The notes beneath the pieces are model-generated. The model searched no databases. It had not been told where the DNA came from and was given only the letters and a program-made list of their open reading frames with translations. Positions 10,607 through 21,356 of a stretch of 64,000 nt of DNA are shown here, one piece after another (position 1 is the stretch's first letter; each line of letters opens with the position of its first letter). Origin of the DNA: an uncultured Nitrososphaeraceae archaeon (lineage in GTDB: Archaea > Thermoproteota > Nitrososphaeria > Nitrososphaerales > Nitrososphaeraceae). Location of the stretch: contig CAVZZA010000003.1 of NCBI GenBank assembly GCA_963779615.1, positions 320,001 through 384,000 of the forward strand. Reading direction: 5' to 3'. The position numbers and the translations under genes are program-made.

Positions 10607-12245
10607 TTAGAATAGTTGAATAGACTTTGCTAACAGAATTGCTTTTTGAGGATCTTCTAGTGTTATCTCTTTGTTAGCATATTTGTTGCTAAAATATAGC
10701 AAATCAGCTAATTTCCATCTATCTACCGTTACAAATATTGTGGCATTATTTTTAATGTTAGTGATATTAGTGGTAAGTATTATTAATTTATCAACAAAAG
10801 AAATTCTTTTAGTGACTTTTCACAATTTTATCAAAATTTTTACTTGTATCAGAATCAATAGCAATGGTTATGCCTATTTTTTTCCCAAGTTGATCGTTGT
10901 ATACAGCATCTAAATAGTCTTCGGGAATATTATCATTAAACTTTTTAACTGTTCCAAATTCCTCGACATAATCTATCAAGTTTTTTACAGCATCTCTAAT
11001 ACCAACCTCTAAAATATTTTTGTCTATTGACATTTTTCTCATTTTAATAAAATCTGAAATTGGAATACTCATGATACTACCCCGTAATCTCAAACCCGGA
11101 TATACACTTTTGATCGCCTCCTCGATTGATTGTTCATCGATATTAGGGGAATTTTTCTTTGAGGATATTTCTATAGAATGGTAAAGGATGTTTAAAACTG
11201 ATCTAATATTGCGAAAATCTGGGAACTCATCATAAATTATTTTTATCTTTGCAGAGAGATCATTTTTATTTACATCGCCCAATTCGTGTGTGTTCTGTCT
11301 TATATACTCTAATGCAATATCATCTATCTCCTCAAAAGAATTTGATCCGGCCAAATCAATTTTATAATTTGCTTTTTCCAGACGGTCAAAGAGAGAGGGG
11401 CTGACACGTGATATGTCTGAATAGCAAGATGGAGTGGTTATCAACATTAATATCGAATAAGGTATATGAAAATTAATTAGACCCTTCACATAATCCAATG
11501 ATTGACTATTGGCATCAAATTCATCTATTTGAAATATGGTTACTTTATTAAAGAATTTGTAATTGATCGAGGAAACATTAGTTAAGACTAGCACCAGATT
11601 ATCAAATGTTTTTAAATCTGAATAGTTTAAAGTTCCTTTTTTTATAATTTCAAAAATAATAAGTATTTCTACCTTTGAGAAGTCATTTGACATAAGTTCA
11701 ACCAAATGGTTGAAGGAGGGTTGAATTTTTCTATTTAATACATGATTTAATTTTTCATCAATTGAATTCCCGTTCAGTGTATCAAAAAAACCATATTTAA
11801 TTGTCTTTTTTACTAGTTTAGGATATTCTGAATATTTATGTTTAAGGTACTCAACAAACTTTTTCATCATGTCGTTAAAATAATCATCTCCAAATCCTTT
11901 TATTATTGAAGAAAAAATGGTGTCTATTTCACGAGGATGAACTTGGGCTAAATCAACATAACAAATAATAGCCTTATTGACGATATCAGGAATAGTTTTC
12001 ATATGTAAAGAAAGATGGGTTTTTCCTGAACCAACATCCTGAATAACAGTAACAATTTTAAATGAATCTTTTTCAGAGTTTTTATTATCATTTAGTTTTA
12101 AAATGAGATCGTTAACGCAGTTTTTTATACTATTTAGAGCATTTTGGTGTCTTTTTCCGCCCAGAATTCTAGCGACACTTAATGTTGGCGTTGGGTTGCC
12201 GGGAAAAGGATTTTGCACCAAATTATAAGGATACACTAGATACAC
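10607..12245 (-). CDS. P-loop AAA+-type ATPase; +1 frameshift near 10817-10820 (ORF track stops at 10809)
   Basis: Walker A DVGSGKTHL, Walker B IFQIDEFD, LFDRL; removing one base in an A4 run extends the frame VTKRISFVDKLIILTT...KSIQLF* to 10607. Confidence 0.8.
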
Positions 12246-12895
12246 CTCACAAATCCATGAACTATTCCCCTCAAAATAACTCCTTCAAAGCCACCAGACG
12301 ATAATTCATATTTTTCAGGATGTAACTCTGTAATAGCACTAACATAATTATAGAATTCTTTATCCGATATATCACATATATCACAAATCTCGGCTTTAAC
12401 AGAAGACAATTCAACCCATCCGATAGAAGAAGATTTCTCCATCAAAACACTATCGAAATTATTTGTGAAAAACTCCAAAGAAACAGTATTTTTTACATCC
12501 CTATTCTGTGAGTGAATTTTAATATTGTCAATTTTATCTTCAATGTTATTGAATGAATTTCTTATTTGAACAAGTTCACAATCAAGATTCTCAATATATT
12601 TGAAAATACTATCAGAATAATTGTTTATTTTATTTTGGATAGTAGTAATATACGTATAAAGATATTTGAATTTGAGGTCGGAATTCAACAGGTAGTCCAG
12701 AAAAAAATCTTTACCCCAACAATAAATAAAAGAGCCCTTTTTAGACATACAAACCTTGTCTTCCTGGAGTAAGTCATCTATTATGATATCGAAATCATCT
12801 ATAGAATATTTTTTTTTTAAATCAGTTTTTTTTACTCCAACAGATCCAAAAGAATTAATAGCACCAAGAATTGTATCTTTATTGGACATATACAT
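12236..12895 (-). CDS. hypothetical protein, predicted wHTH - coiled coil - wHTH
   Basis: 219-aa ORF overlapping the ATPase start by 10 nt; heptad-rich centre. Confidence 0.75.
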   Translation of the reverse strand: MYMSNKDTILGAINSFGSVGVKKTDLKKKYSIDDFDIIIDDLLQEDKVCMSKKGSFIYCWGKDFFLDYLLNSDLKFKYLYTYITTIQNKINNYSDSIFKYIENLDCELVQIRNSFNNIEDKIDNIKIHSQNRDVKNTVSLEFFTNNFDSVLMEKSSSIGWVELSSVKAEICDICDISDKEFYNYVSAITELHPEKYELSSGGFEGVILRGIVHGFVRCI

Positions 12896-13259
12896 AAAAA
12901 AGAAAAAATAAATTAAAAAAAAAGATAGTTAATAAAATGTTATTATGATATTAAAAAAAATTAACAAAAAATAAAAATAGTCAGAAAATACAATATTAAT
13001 GGGAATGAAGATACAAAAAAACTGATAACCTAATGATGAAAGTACTAGGGTATCTGACCTGACTTTTCCCCTTTTTAATCAAATATTAAAAATTATGGGC
13101 ATATGGTTTATTAAGCATTTTAAAAGGATTAGTTTTAAATGACAGACATAAACCCTACTAACATTTTGTAAACTTTTAGAGAAATATTTGCTGTCCCTAT
13201 AACTATATAACCATAACAAATCATAATAAAAAGAAAATCCAAGTATAGCTTGATTAGAT

Positions 13260-13574
13260 GTGTATAAAGATGATCATAAATATGAGGAAAAAATTGGGAA
13301 AGATGAAGTAACCAAAAGAACCAATGATCTTTTAGAAAATTTTAAAGAAAATTATATCAAAAATGATAATAATGACTTTATCAATGACGCAATAACTAAC
13401 ATGGTGGTATGTTGTAGGGCATACGAAAAAATATTTGAAGGATTTATAATAATGTCTCAAATCAACAAATTGCCTCAAGAATTAATAGAGGGATTTGTCA
13501 AATGGTCCACAGGTCAGATAGAGGACCTTAAAGAAAAAATCCAAGAAATAGATAAAAAAAGAGATATGAGATAG
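13260..13574 (+). CDS. hypothetical helical protein
   Basis: 104-aa ORF upstream of cyoE. Confidence 0.6.
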   Translation: MYKDDHKYEEKIGKDEVTKRTNDLLENFKENYIKNDNNDFINDAITNMVVCCRAYEKIFEGFIIMSQINKLPQELIEGFVKWSTGQIEDLKEKIQEIDKKRDMR

Positions 13575-13651
13575 GTGGGTATTCACTTAAGCTTTTAGAT
13601 AAATATCGAATAAGTTAAATTCAGGATGAAGCTCTAAAATAATGAAAACCT

Positions 13652-14566
13652 GTGCCTGTTAGTAGTCATATCGAACTATCAAACATTAAAGACTATATAG
13701 AGGTTTCAAAACCAAGGATTGTAATAGTTCTTGTAATTACTGCCGTAACATCAATGCTTGCTGCCACCAGATTTGACAATACTAGCAGCGTAGCTTGGGA
13801 TATTTCAGGGTGGAAACTATTATTTTTAATAATTTTCGGAGCCTTATCTTCAATGGGTGCAAGCGCAATCAACCAGTTTTACGATACAAATATAGACAAA
13901 TTGATGATAAGAACCTCAAAAAGGCCAATTCCCTCCGGTAGGTTAAAAGCAAACAACGTTCTAATATTTGGATTATCTTTATCCATAATCTCGGTCATTG
14001 GTGCGTGGTTTACATTAAACCCCGTGGCAGCATTTATGATTGGATTAGGAATCTTCTTTTATGTTGTAGTGTATACAATGTTATTAAAAAGAAGAAGTGT
14101 GTGGAATATAGTCATAGGGGGTTTTGCAGGGAGTGCGGCATCTATGGCGGGGTGGGCGTCTACCACAAATAGCATTGACTTGCTCGGCTTCTTAGTAGGA
14201 TGGATAGTTTTCATGTGGACACCCCCTCATTTTTGGTGTTTAGCCATTAAAATGAAAGAAGAATACACAAAAGCAAATGTTCCGATGCTACCGGTCATTT
14301 ATGGAAATCAACTTGCTTCAAAATACATTTTTATAAACTCACTTATACTAATCCCATACTCATTATCACTATATTTTTTTGGTCTTGGGTTACTTTATGC
14401 TATAGTTGCAGCGGTATCCGGCTCATTAATGACAATATATCACTACAAACTTATGAAAAATCCAACACCACAGTTTGCTTGGAAAGCATATAAAGTTACT
14501 GCACCATATTTAGTTATAATTTTCATAGCAATAGCCTTAGATGCCTTATGGTATATCAAAATATGA
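13652..14566 (+). CDS. cyoE: protoheme IX farnesyltransferase (heme o synthase)
   Basis: KPRIV, NQFYDTNIDKLMIRTSKRPIPSG, YTMLLKRR, WTPPHFW. Confidence 0.96.
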   Translation: MPVSSHIELSNIKDYIEVSKPRIVIVLVITAVTSMLAATRFDNTSSVAWDISGWKLLFLIIFGALSSMGASAINQFYDTNIDKLMIRTSKRPIPSGRLKANNVLIFGLSLSIISVIGAWFTLNPVAAFMIGLGIFFYVVVYTMLLKRRSVWNIVIGGFAGSAASMAGWASTTNSIDLLGFLVGWIVFMWTPPHFWCLAIKMKEEYTKANVPMLPVIYGNQLASKYIFINSLILIPYSLSLYFFGLGLLYAIVAAVSGSLMTIYHYKLMKNPTPQFAWKAYKVTAPYLVIIFIAIALDALWYIKI

Positions 14567-14644
14567 CAAATTAAAAGATAATATTTTATTCATCAAAGAA
14601 TAGAATGCTACTTGTTACAAAGAAAAACCAAGGAAAATAACAAT

Positions 14645-14872
14645 TCAAGTCGATTCTTTATTTGGATTTACAATTTCAATCCTTTTTGTATCCTTAGAAA
14701 TCCATGTTACCTGGATTAATCCATATATTTCTAAATCTAACAAAATTTTATTTAAGTCATCTTCAATTGTAGCTATATTGTCCTTGGCTAAAGAATTAAT
14801 CAAATCATGATCCGTAATATTTCCATGTTGCTTTATTTTCTCAAAAATGACAGTTCTCAAAGGGTAAGTCAT
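14645..14872 (-). CDS. small winged-helix-like hypothetical protein
   Basis: 75 aa; DLNKILLDLEIYGLIQVTW pattern. Confidence 0.7.
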   Translation of the reverse strand: MTYPLRTVIFEKIKQHGNITDHDLINSLAKDNIATIEDDLNKILLDLEIYGLIQVTWISKDTKRIEIVNPNKEST

Positions 14873-14910
14873 AATTATCTCAATTACAAAAGTATTAATA
14901 TAGTTTTTTA

Positions 14911-15577
14911 GGCCCTGTTAACTTAAGAAAATGTTATAGCTGAAAGTCAACTATAATCCATATTGGAACATCAAAGACAAAGGACCAAACCGAAAGATAT
15001 CGCCTATTCCCTGTACCTTTACTTCCTTGGCCTCTCCTATAGAAGCACCGCAAAGGCGTTGAACAGGTTTGTGGAAAGGAGCCATGTGTCAGTCTGGAAA
15101 TGGATCCAGAAATACAGGCCAAAGAGGCTATCAACCAGGAGAAAAAGGGTTAATGGATATATTGTTGATTAAACCCAGATTGAGGTTGGCTCCCGATACG
15201 CATGGCTTTGGGTTGCAATTGAGCCAAAACACAGGGAAATTCTTCGGACTGATGTGTCATTTGAGCGGGCAATGCTTGTGGCAGAGCGGTTTATTGCGTC
15301 TCTCTCATAAACATGCATGGAAAGCATCCGGTTTCTACTGATGGGGGCACCTGGTATCCGCAGGCATGCAGGTTCCTGAAACTGAAACACCATTTGCATT
15401 CCCCATTGGAGAAAAGCTTGATAGAAAGGACCATGATGTGCATCAAGGGCAGGACAGAAGGATTTGATAACTACTTCCCGTGCAGAAAAAAGAAATGCAA
15501 ACTAAAGCATGTAAAACAATGGTTAAATCTGTTTGCCTACCACCACAATAGCGAAATAGTCCTAAGTTAACAGGGCC
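14911..15577 (+). mobile_element. IS6-family insertion sequence (667 bp), transposase inactivated
   Basis: Perfect 15-bp TIR GGCCCTGTTAACTTA / TAAGTTAACAGGGCC; 8-bp flanking direct repeat GTTTTTTA (14903-14910, 15578-15585); GC higher than flanks. Confidence 0.92.
14963..15570 (+). pseudogene. IS6 DDE transposase pseudogene
   Basis: LYFLGLSYR...SHVSVWKWIQKY, then IVD*TQI (TAA where DE is expected), frameshift near 15300, then STDGGTWYP and SLIER. Confidence 0.88.
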
Positions 15578-15607
15578 GTTTTTTAACACAACCCCCATTA
15601 AAACTAA

Positions 15608-17812
15608 TTATCCATAAAAAATTTTATCGTTAAACTTTGGAACAGCGGATGTTAATTTTTTTTCTATTGACAAGTACCAATTATGGACTTCTTGGGTTAT
15701 GGAGGGTTTCACAATTGTTAAAGCATATTCAAAATCAGAATTAAAGACCATTTTTGATTTATTTTGTATTGCGTTTATCGCAGCAAACCTACATAATGAA
15801 ACTAAATCCGCCCCGCTATAACCTTTGGTTATTGCAGATATGTTATTGAAATCAATATCAGAAGATAGAGGCATTGTCAAAGTTACTTTTGACAATATAT
15901 CGTTTCTTGATTTTTCATCCGGGGGACTGACAAAAATTACAAGGTCAAATCGCCCCGGTCTCAATAAAGATGTATCCAAAAGGTCCGGTCTACTAGTAAC
16001 TCCAATTACAATAACACCAAAATTAGAGGAATCATCCATTTCTGACAAAATTTGAGATAATACTCGCTCATTTCCAGAAATGTCTTCATGGGTCCTTGAT
16101 CTTCCAAGGGAATCCATTTCATCAAAAACTACAACACATGGAGACGACGAGCGTGCTTTTCTAAATATTTCCCTAATAGCTTTTTCTGATTCCCCCACCC
16201 ATTTAGACAAAACTTCTGGCCCTCTAACAAAGATGATGTTAATAGAGCCTTCTGTTGCTAATGCTTTTGCTATCAATGTTTTTCCACATCCAGGTGGGCC
16301 AAATAACAATGCACCTTTTGCAGGCCTAATTCCCATTTTTAAGAATTTTTCTGGAGATGCAATTGGAGATAAAAAATTATCAATAAGCATATTCTTTTCT
16401 CTGGTTAATCCCCCAACGTCATCCCATTTTATATTTGAAGGCTCTACATAAAACTCTCTCAAAGCAGTAGGAACAATTTCTTTCATCGCATTGATAAAAT
16501 CACTACTTTTGATTCTAATACTATTCAAAATTTCTGATGGAACTTTTTTATTGTTTGCCAAATCAACTTCAGTCAAATAACGCCTTATTGATTTCATGGC
16601 AGCTTCTCTGGCAAGAGCTTTAATATCAGCTCCCGTATAGCCATTTAACATTCTTGATATATCTTTTAAATCAACATCATTATCAATAGGCATTCCAAGA
16701 GTATGAATTTTTAAAATTTCAAATCTGCCAGTGAAATTATGGATTCCTATCTCAATCTCCCTATCAAATCTACCCGGTCTCCTTAGTGCAGGGTCTAAAC
16801 TATCCGGTCGGTTTGTGGCACCAAGCACTACAACATTTCCCCTCTCAGACATACCATCCATTAGTGCAAGTAATTGTGCAACAACCCTTTTTTCCACGTC
16901 ACCAAAAGTCTCTTCTCTTTTTGGTGCAATTGCATCAATTTCATCAATAAAAATAATGCTTGGAGAAGATTCCTTTGCCTTCTGGAAAATCTCCCGTAGT
17001 TTACTTTCTGTTTCTCCATAATATTTATTAACGATCTCTGGCCCATTAATGATATAAAAATTGGCATTTGATTCTGTTGCTAATGCTTTTGCTATCAATG
17101 TTTTTCCACATCCAGGTGGGCCAAACAATAAAATTCCTTTATGAGGCTCTATTCCAATCTTTGAAAACACTTCTGGATGCCTTAATGGCAATTCTACAAT
17201 TTCCCTTAAACGTGTTATTTGATTTTTCAATCCACCGATTTGTTCATAGGAAACCTGAGGATTCTCTTTTCGAAATTTCGAAAATCCAGGTTTTATTACT
17301 ATTTTTGTGTTTTTGTTTATCTTTACAACTTTTTTTGGCAAAGAATAATAAATTATAAACTCAAATGTTTTCCCTAGAAAATTTAATATAAATTGATCAC
17401 CTTTTGTAACTGGATAACCCTCAAAACGCGTATTAAGGAATGAAATAAAGTCATCAGACAGACTTTGGGCGGTGTTACATAACAGAATAACCTTTTCAGC
17501 AAATTTCGGAATTGTTTTCTTTATCAGGACATAATCATTTAAACTAACCCCAGCGTTTTTTCTGGTTTGACCGTCTATATGAATATAATTATTTTTTTGA
17601 ATTTTATCCTCTAAAGGCGATACGATCACAGCAGTAACTTTATTTCCCACAATTTCAACCACATCGCCATTTGAAACTCCAAGTTTTTTCATAATAGTGT
17701 TATCAAGTAATGCTTTTTTCTTTCCTACATCTTTAATTTTACATCCAGCTACCCTCAATTTGAGGGTTGTTGCCGCATTATGTTTAGGTTTACTGTTATT
17801 CCTTTTTTTCAA
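15608..17812 (-). CDS. cdc48: CDC48/VCP-family AAA ATPase
   Basis: N-domain plus two AAA modules (GPPGCGKT twice, IFIDEID, DPALRRPGRFDR). Confidence 0.96.
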   Translation of the reverse strand: MKKRNNSKPKHNAATTLKLRVAGCKIKDVGKKKALLDNTIMKKLGVSNGDVVEIVGNKVTAVIVSPLEDKIQKNNYIHIDGQTRKNAGVSLNDYVLIKKTIPKFAEKVILLCNTAQSLSDDFISFLNTRFEGYPVTKGDQFILNFLGKTFEFIIYYSLPKKVVKINKNTKIVIKPGFSKFRKENPQVSYEQIGGLKNQITRLREIVELPLRHPEVFSKIGIEPHKGILLFGPPGCGKTLIAKALATESNANFYIINGPEIVNKYYGETESKLREIFQKAKESSPSIIFIDEIDAIAPKREETFGDVEKRVVAQLLALMDGMSERGNVVVLGATNRPDSLDPALRRPGRFDREIEIGIHNFTGRFEILKIHTLGMPIDNDVDLKDISRMLNGYTGADIKALAREAAMKSIRRYLTEVDLANNKKVPSEILNSIRIKSSDFINAMKEIVPTALREFYVEPSNIKWDDVGGLTREKNMLIDNFLSPIASPEKFLKMGIRPAKGALLFGPPGCGKTLIAKALATEGSINIIFVRGPEVLSKWVGESEKAIREIFRKARSSSPCVVVFDEMDSLGRSRTHEDISGNERVLSQILSEMDDSSNFGVIVIGVTSRPDLLDTSLLRPGRFDLVIFVSPPDEKSRNDILSKVTLTMPLSSDIDFNNISAITKGYSGADLVSLCRFAAINAIQNKSKMVFNSDFEYALTIVKPSITQEVHNWYLSIEKKLTSAVPKFNDKIFYG

Positions 17813-17841
17813 CTAGATCGCAAGTGAATAAACTCAAATAT

Positions 17842-18123
17842 CTATTTCATTTTAACAGATTGTCTGCTTATGGTAATAACTTGAATTTCACCTGCCCCGT
17901 CTATTCTTTTTATGGATTCTTCTAATTTTTCCATTTCGCCTTCAGCGTCATCTAGTAAAAAATCACCAAGCAATGCGTTTAATCCAAATGCAATGGGTTC
18001 TTTTGCGTGTGCTTTTAATTCCATCCCTTTGGGTATACTTCCTTTTAAATTGTTTATTAAAACTTCAATATCAGTTTCCGAGTCGGCTGGAAGTATTTTA
18101 ATCCTAGCAACTAACCTTGCCAT
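17842..18123 (-). CDS. ef1b: translation elongation factor 1-beta
   Basis: KILP...EPIAFGL.AL signature. Confidence 0.93.
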   Translation of the reverse strand: MARLVARIKILPADSETDIEVLINNLKGSIPKGMELKAHAKEPIAFGLNALLGDFLLDDAEGEMEKLEESIKRIDGAGEIQVITISRQSVKMK

Positions 18124-18128
18124 TTTAT

Positions 18129-18308
18129 TTATGGCCCCTCAAATCCGCAACCAACACATTTGTACGGTCTAGCAAATTCTCTGCAGCTTTCACACCGCCA
18201 AATAAGCACATATCCACAATTAGGACAGTAAAATTTCACACAAGCATCATTTGGCATTATGGGTCTATTACAAGATGTACAAACAGGTAATTGTAATTGT
18301 TTAGACAT
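18129..18308 (-). CDS. Zn-ribbon protein (HVO_2753/DUF1610-like), 59 aa
   Basis: Not in ORF track. MSKQLQLPVCTSCNRPIMPNDACVKFYCPNCGYVLIWRCESCREFARPYKCVGCGFEGP*; four CxxC, C-terminal GFEGP, usual position upstream of EF-1beta. Confidence 0.9.
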   Translation of the reverse strand: MSKQLQLPVCTSCNRPIMPNDACVKFYCPNCGYVLIWRCESCREFARPYKCVGCGFEGP

Positions 18309-18334
18309 CCAATTTAAAAAAATGTAAACCGCAT

Positions 18335-19522
18335 TTATATCTTGCTCAGGTCATTGATAATTTTTCTATATTCATTTCCCATAAGAGTAAAAAGAGTGTT
18401 TAGTGTAATTTTGGTATTTAAGAACTTCTTTAAAGCTATAGCATGGAAATCAAAATCACTGGTTGATGTAATTTTCTCTATTGCGTCAGTAGAAATACTT
18501 GCAAATATCTTATCTAATGATTTGTTATCCAATCTTTCTAAAATTTTTCTAAATAAAAGTTGTCTATCAAATTCTTTTCCAAAGGCATTAATCCAATTGT
18601 TTTGATATTCTTTTAAAAAGGAACATTCATTATTATTGCTTAAAGAGTCCGATATTGACCTTCCTGCAAATATTCCACCCATGCCACAAGAATAGATACC
18701 CCCAGCTGTTGTTGGTTTAGTTTGTCCAGCAGCATCGCCAACTACGACATTTCTTTCTAAATTGAAAGGTTTGATGTATCCGCGTGTCCATAATGGGGCA
18801 TAAATTTTTCGGATGATAGAACAAGGTTTGCCTTTTTTTTCTAAGAATTTTTCAAGGGATAAACTTGTATTTATATTTCTGCCAGCCACACCAACTTTTC
18901 CCTTTCCTTCCCCGCTGGGAATAACCCATGCAAAAAAACCAGGGTACAAGTCAGAATCAAATTCGATTTCAATTGTATCTTTTTGTATCCAAGGGGCATA
19001 TACTTCGTACTGCCCCGAAGGCAGAATATCTCTGAATCCATTTTTAATAACATGATTAACACCTCTAGCCTCCACAAAAAACTTGCTTTTGAAAATTTTT
19101 CCGGTGCTTATTTTGACATTAAAAAAATTTTCGGCAAAATTGACAGACGTTATAGAACTTTTTGTATGTATCTCAGCACCAGTCGATTGGGCCTGAAAAG
19201 CAAGTTCTTTATCGAATGAACGCCTATCAATGACTATAACACGTTGGTTTACAGAATCCACTTCAAAGGAATTGTTTTTAGATTTAATTATTGCTCTCTT
19301 TATGCTATTTTCGATAGTTTTAATTCTCGGGATTATCCCTAAAGTCTCCAATCCTGTTTGGCTTACAACACCACCACAATGCTCAGGAGTTCCTATCTCA
19401 TGGTCTTCTTCTAAAACCAATACTCTAAACCCATTAGACGATATTTCGCGGGCAGCCAATAGACCCGAAACACTGCCACCACCTACTATTACATCATAGA
19501 AATATTCAGACGCCAAAGTCAA
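18335..19522 (-). CDS. geranylgeranyl reductase-family FAD-dependent oxidoreductase
   Basis: VGGGSVSG, EIGTPEHCGG, FAWVIP, GDAAGQTKPTTAGGI. Confidence 0.9.
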   Translation of the reverse strand: MTLASEYFYDVIVGGGSVSGLLAAREISSNGFRVLVLEEDHEIGTPEHCGGVVSQTGLETLGIIPRIKTIENSIKRAIIKSKNNSFEVDSVNQRVIVIDRRSFDKELAFQAQSTGAEIHTKSSITSVNFAENFFNVKISTGKIFKSKFFVEARGVNHVIKNGFRDILPSGQYEVYAPWIQKDTIEIEFDSDLYPGFFAWVIPSGEGKGKVGVAGRNINTSLSLEKFLEKKGKPCSIIRKIYAPLWTRGYIKPFNLERNVVVGDAAGQTKPTTAGGIYSCGMGGIFAGRSISDSLSNNNECSFLKEYQNNWINAFGKEFDRQLLFRKILERLDNKSLDKIFASISTDAIEKITSTSDFDFHAIALKKFLNTKITLNTLFTLMGNEYRKIINDLSKI

Positions 19523-20089
19523 AATTTACAACAAGATATAGTACAACAATTATTTAACTTATTCATTTGAATTGAATTCGTTCGTTATTTTTAAATTGCA
19601 ATATCAATTAAAGAATCATCAATCGAATGGGCATGGCTGAAAATGAAGAGTTCTATTAAAAAGAACAGACACATGAAGACTTTTTCTATCACATGCCTAG
19701 ATCATTTGTATTTCTGTCCATTATCACCCATACGTGGTTTGAACTCATTTCTAAAATGGTCTTTTATATGCATTATAACAAACAAATGGAAATTGGCTTC
19801 ACTTCTTTTGCATTTTTATTAGAAGCCACCCCTTAATTTAATAATGATAGTACACACTGATGCTTTATCCTTTAATCTTGTTACAAATAATATTAGCTAT
19901 TATTTATGGTTTTTTAAAAACTACACATGTAATATACTATACAGGTGAAATTTATCCTATTTTTGCAATGAAATAAGGAATTACGTCCAATCACCATGGC
20001 AATAAAAATTAGATAAAATCTTTATAAAAAGGTCATACATGAAATATACTGTAATATATTCAAAATAAGGGAAAATAATTTTTAAAAAT

Positions 20090-21295
20090 TTAGTTATTTT
20101 TCAAAATATCAATACCCGGCATTTCATCTCCTGCTAAAAACCTCAAACTTGCCCCTCCACCAGTAGAAACATGCGTCACTTCTTTTTCTGAAACCCCAGC
20201 AACTTTCATTGCTTCCAACGTGTCACCTCCACCTACCAGTGTCTTTACTCCACGCCAAAATGCCAAAGCCATACTCATAGCAATGCTTTTTGTGCTATGA
20301 GAGAATAACTCTTTTTCAAAAAATCCCATAGGACCATTCCAAAAAATAGTGCCTAAACCATTATTATGTATTTCATATGTAAATTTTTGAACTGTTTCCT
20401 CACCTATATCGAATCCTTTCATATTTTTAGGAATGTGATTCTTTACAATTTGACACTCGGTAGAATCTTCAGAAAAAGCCACCTTATGATCTACAGGCAA
20501 AATAATCTTGTTGTCATAACTGTTTAATGCTTTGGAGGCCCAGGATAAATAATCATCATCCACCAAAGAATCACCTATTGACATTCCATTCGCCTTTAAA
20601 AAAGTATACGAGGCAGCCCCACCAATCAGAACCTTAGTTGCTTTTGGCAAAAGATGATTCAAAGCGCCAATCTTATCTTTGATTTTAACTCCCCCTATGA
20701 CAAGTGTGAAGGGTTCTGGCGGTTTATCTCTTAATAAGGACAGGTACTCTATTTCTTTAGCAACATTAAATCCAACAATTTTAGTATTGAAATATTTTAC
20801 TGTTCCGTAAGTGGAAGAGTGTTTACGATGAGATGTGCTAAAGGCATCATTTACATAAATATCTGCATAGGATGACAGTTTTTTGGAAAATTCATCATCG
20901 TTTTCTTCCTCTTCTGTATAAAATCTAAGATTTTCCAGAAGAATAACTTCACCATTTTTTAACTTGTTGATTTTATTGTTAGTTTCTTCACCCAAACAAT
21001 CATTTGAAAAATAAACATTGATATCAAAAGGTGACAAAATATCGGACAATTTTTTGGATACGGGTAACAATGAAAACCTTTTGTCTTTTCCCTTTGGTCG
21101 GTCCAAATGAGAAGCCAGAATTACTTTCGCGCCCCTTTTTACAAGATATTCTATAGTTGACATAGAGGATCTGATTCGGTAATCTTCGCTTACAAAACCA
21201 TCTATTACTTTCACATTAAAATCAACCCGAATGAAAACTTTTTTGTTAAAATAGAAGGAATCTTCAAAATCTGTTAATGATTTTAATAAAGTCAT
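20090..21295 (-). CDS. pgk: phosphoglycerate kinase
   Basis: RVDFNV, LLENLRF, YVNDAF, WNGPMG, GGGDT, HVSTGGGASL. Confidence 0.95.
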   Translation of the reverse strand: MTLLKSLTDFEDSFYFNKKVFIRVDFNVKVIDGFVSEDYRIRSSMSTIEYLVKRGAKVILASHLDRPKGKDKRFSLLPVSKKLSDILSPFDINVYFSNDCLGEETNNKINKLKNGEVILLENLRFYTEEEENDDEFSKKLSSYADIYVNDAFSTSHRKHSSTYGTVKYFNTKIVGFNVAKEIEYLSLLRDKPPEPFTLVIGGVKIKDKIGALNHLLPKATKVLIGGAASYTFLKANGMSIGDSLVDDDYLSWASKALNSYDNKIILPVDHKVAFSEDSTECQIVKNHIPKNMKGFDIGEETVQKFTYEIHNNGLGTIFWNGPMGFFEKELFSHSTKSIAMSMALAFWRGVKTLVGGGDTLEAMKVAGVSEKEVTHVSTGGGASLRFLAGDEMPGIDILKNN

Positions 21296-21356
21296 GAAAT
21301 TATGAAGATGTATAAGGGTTATAAAATATTATAAAAAGTAAAATAGCGGTATTTTT

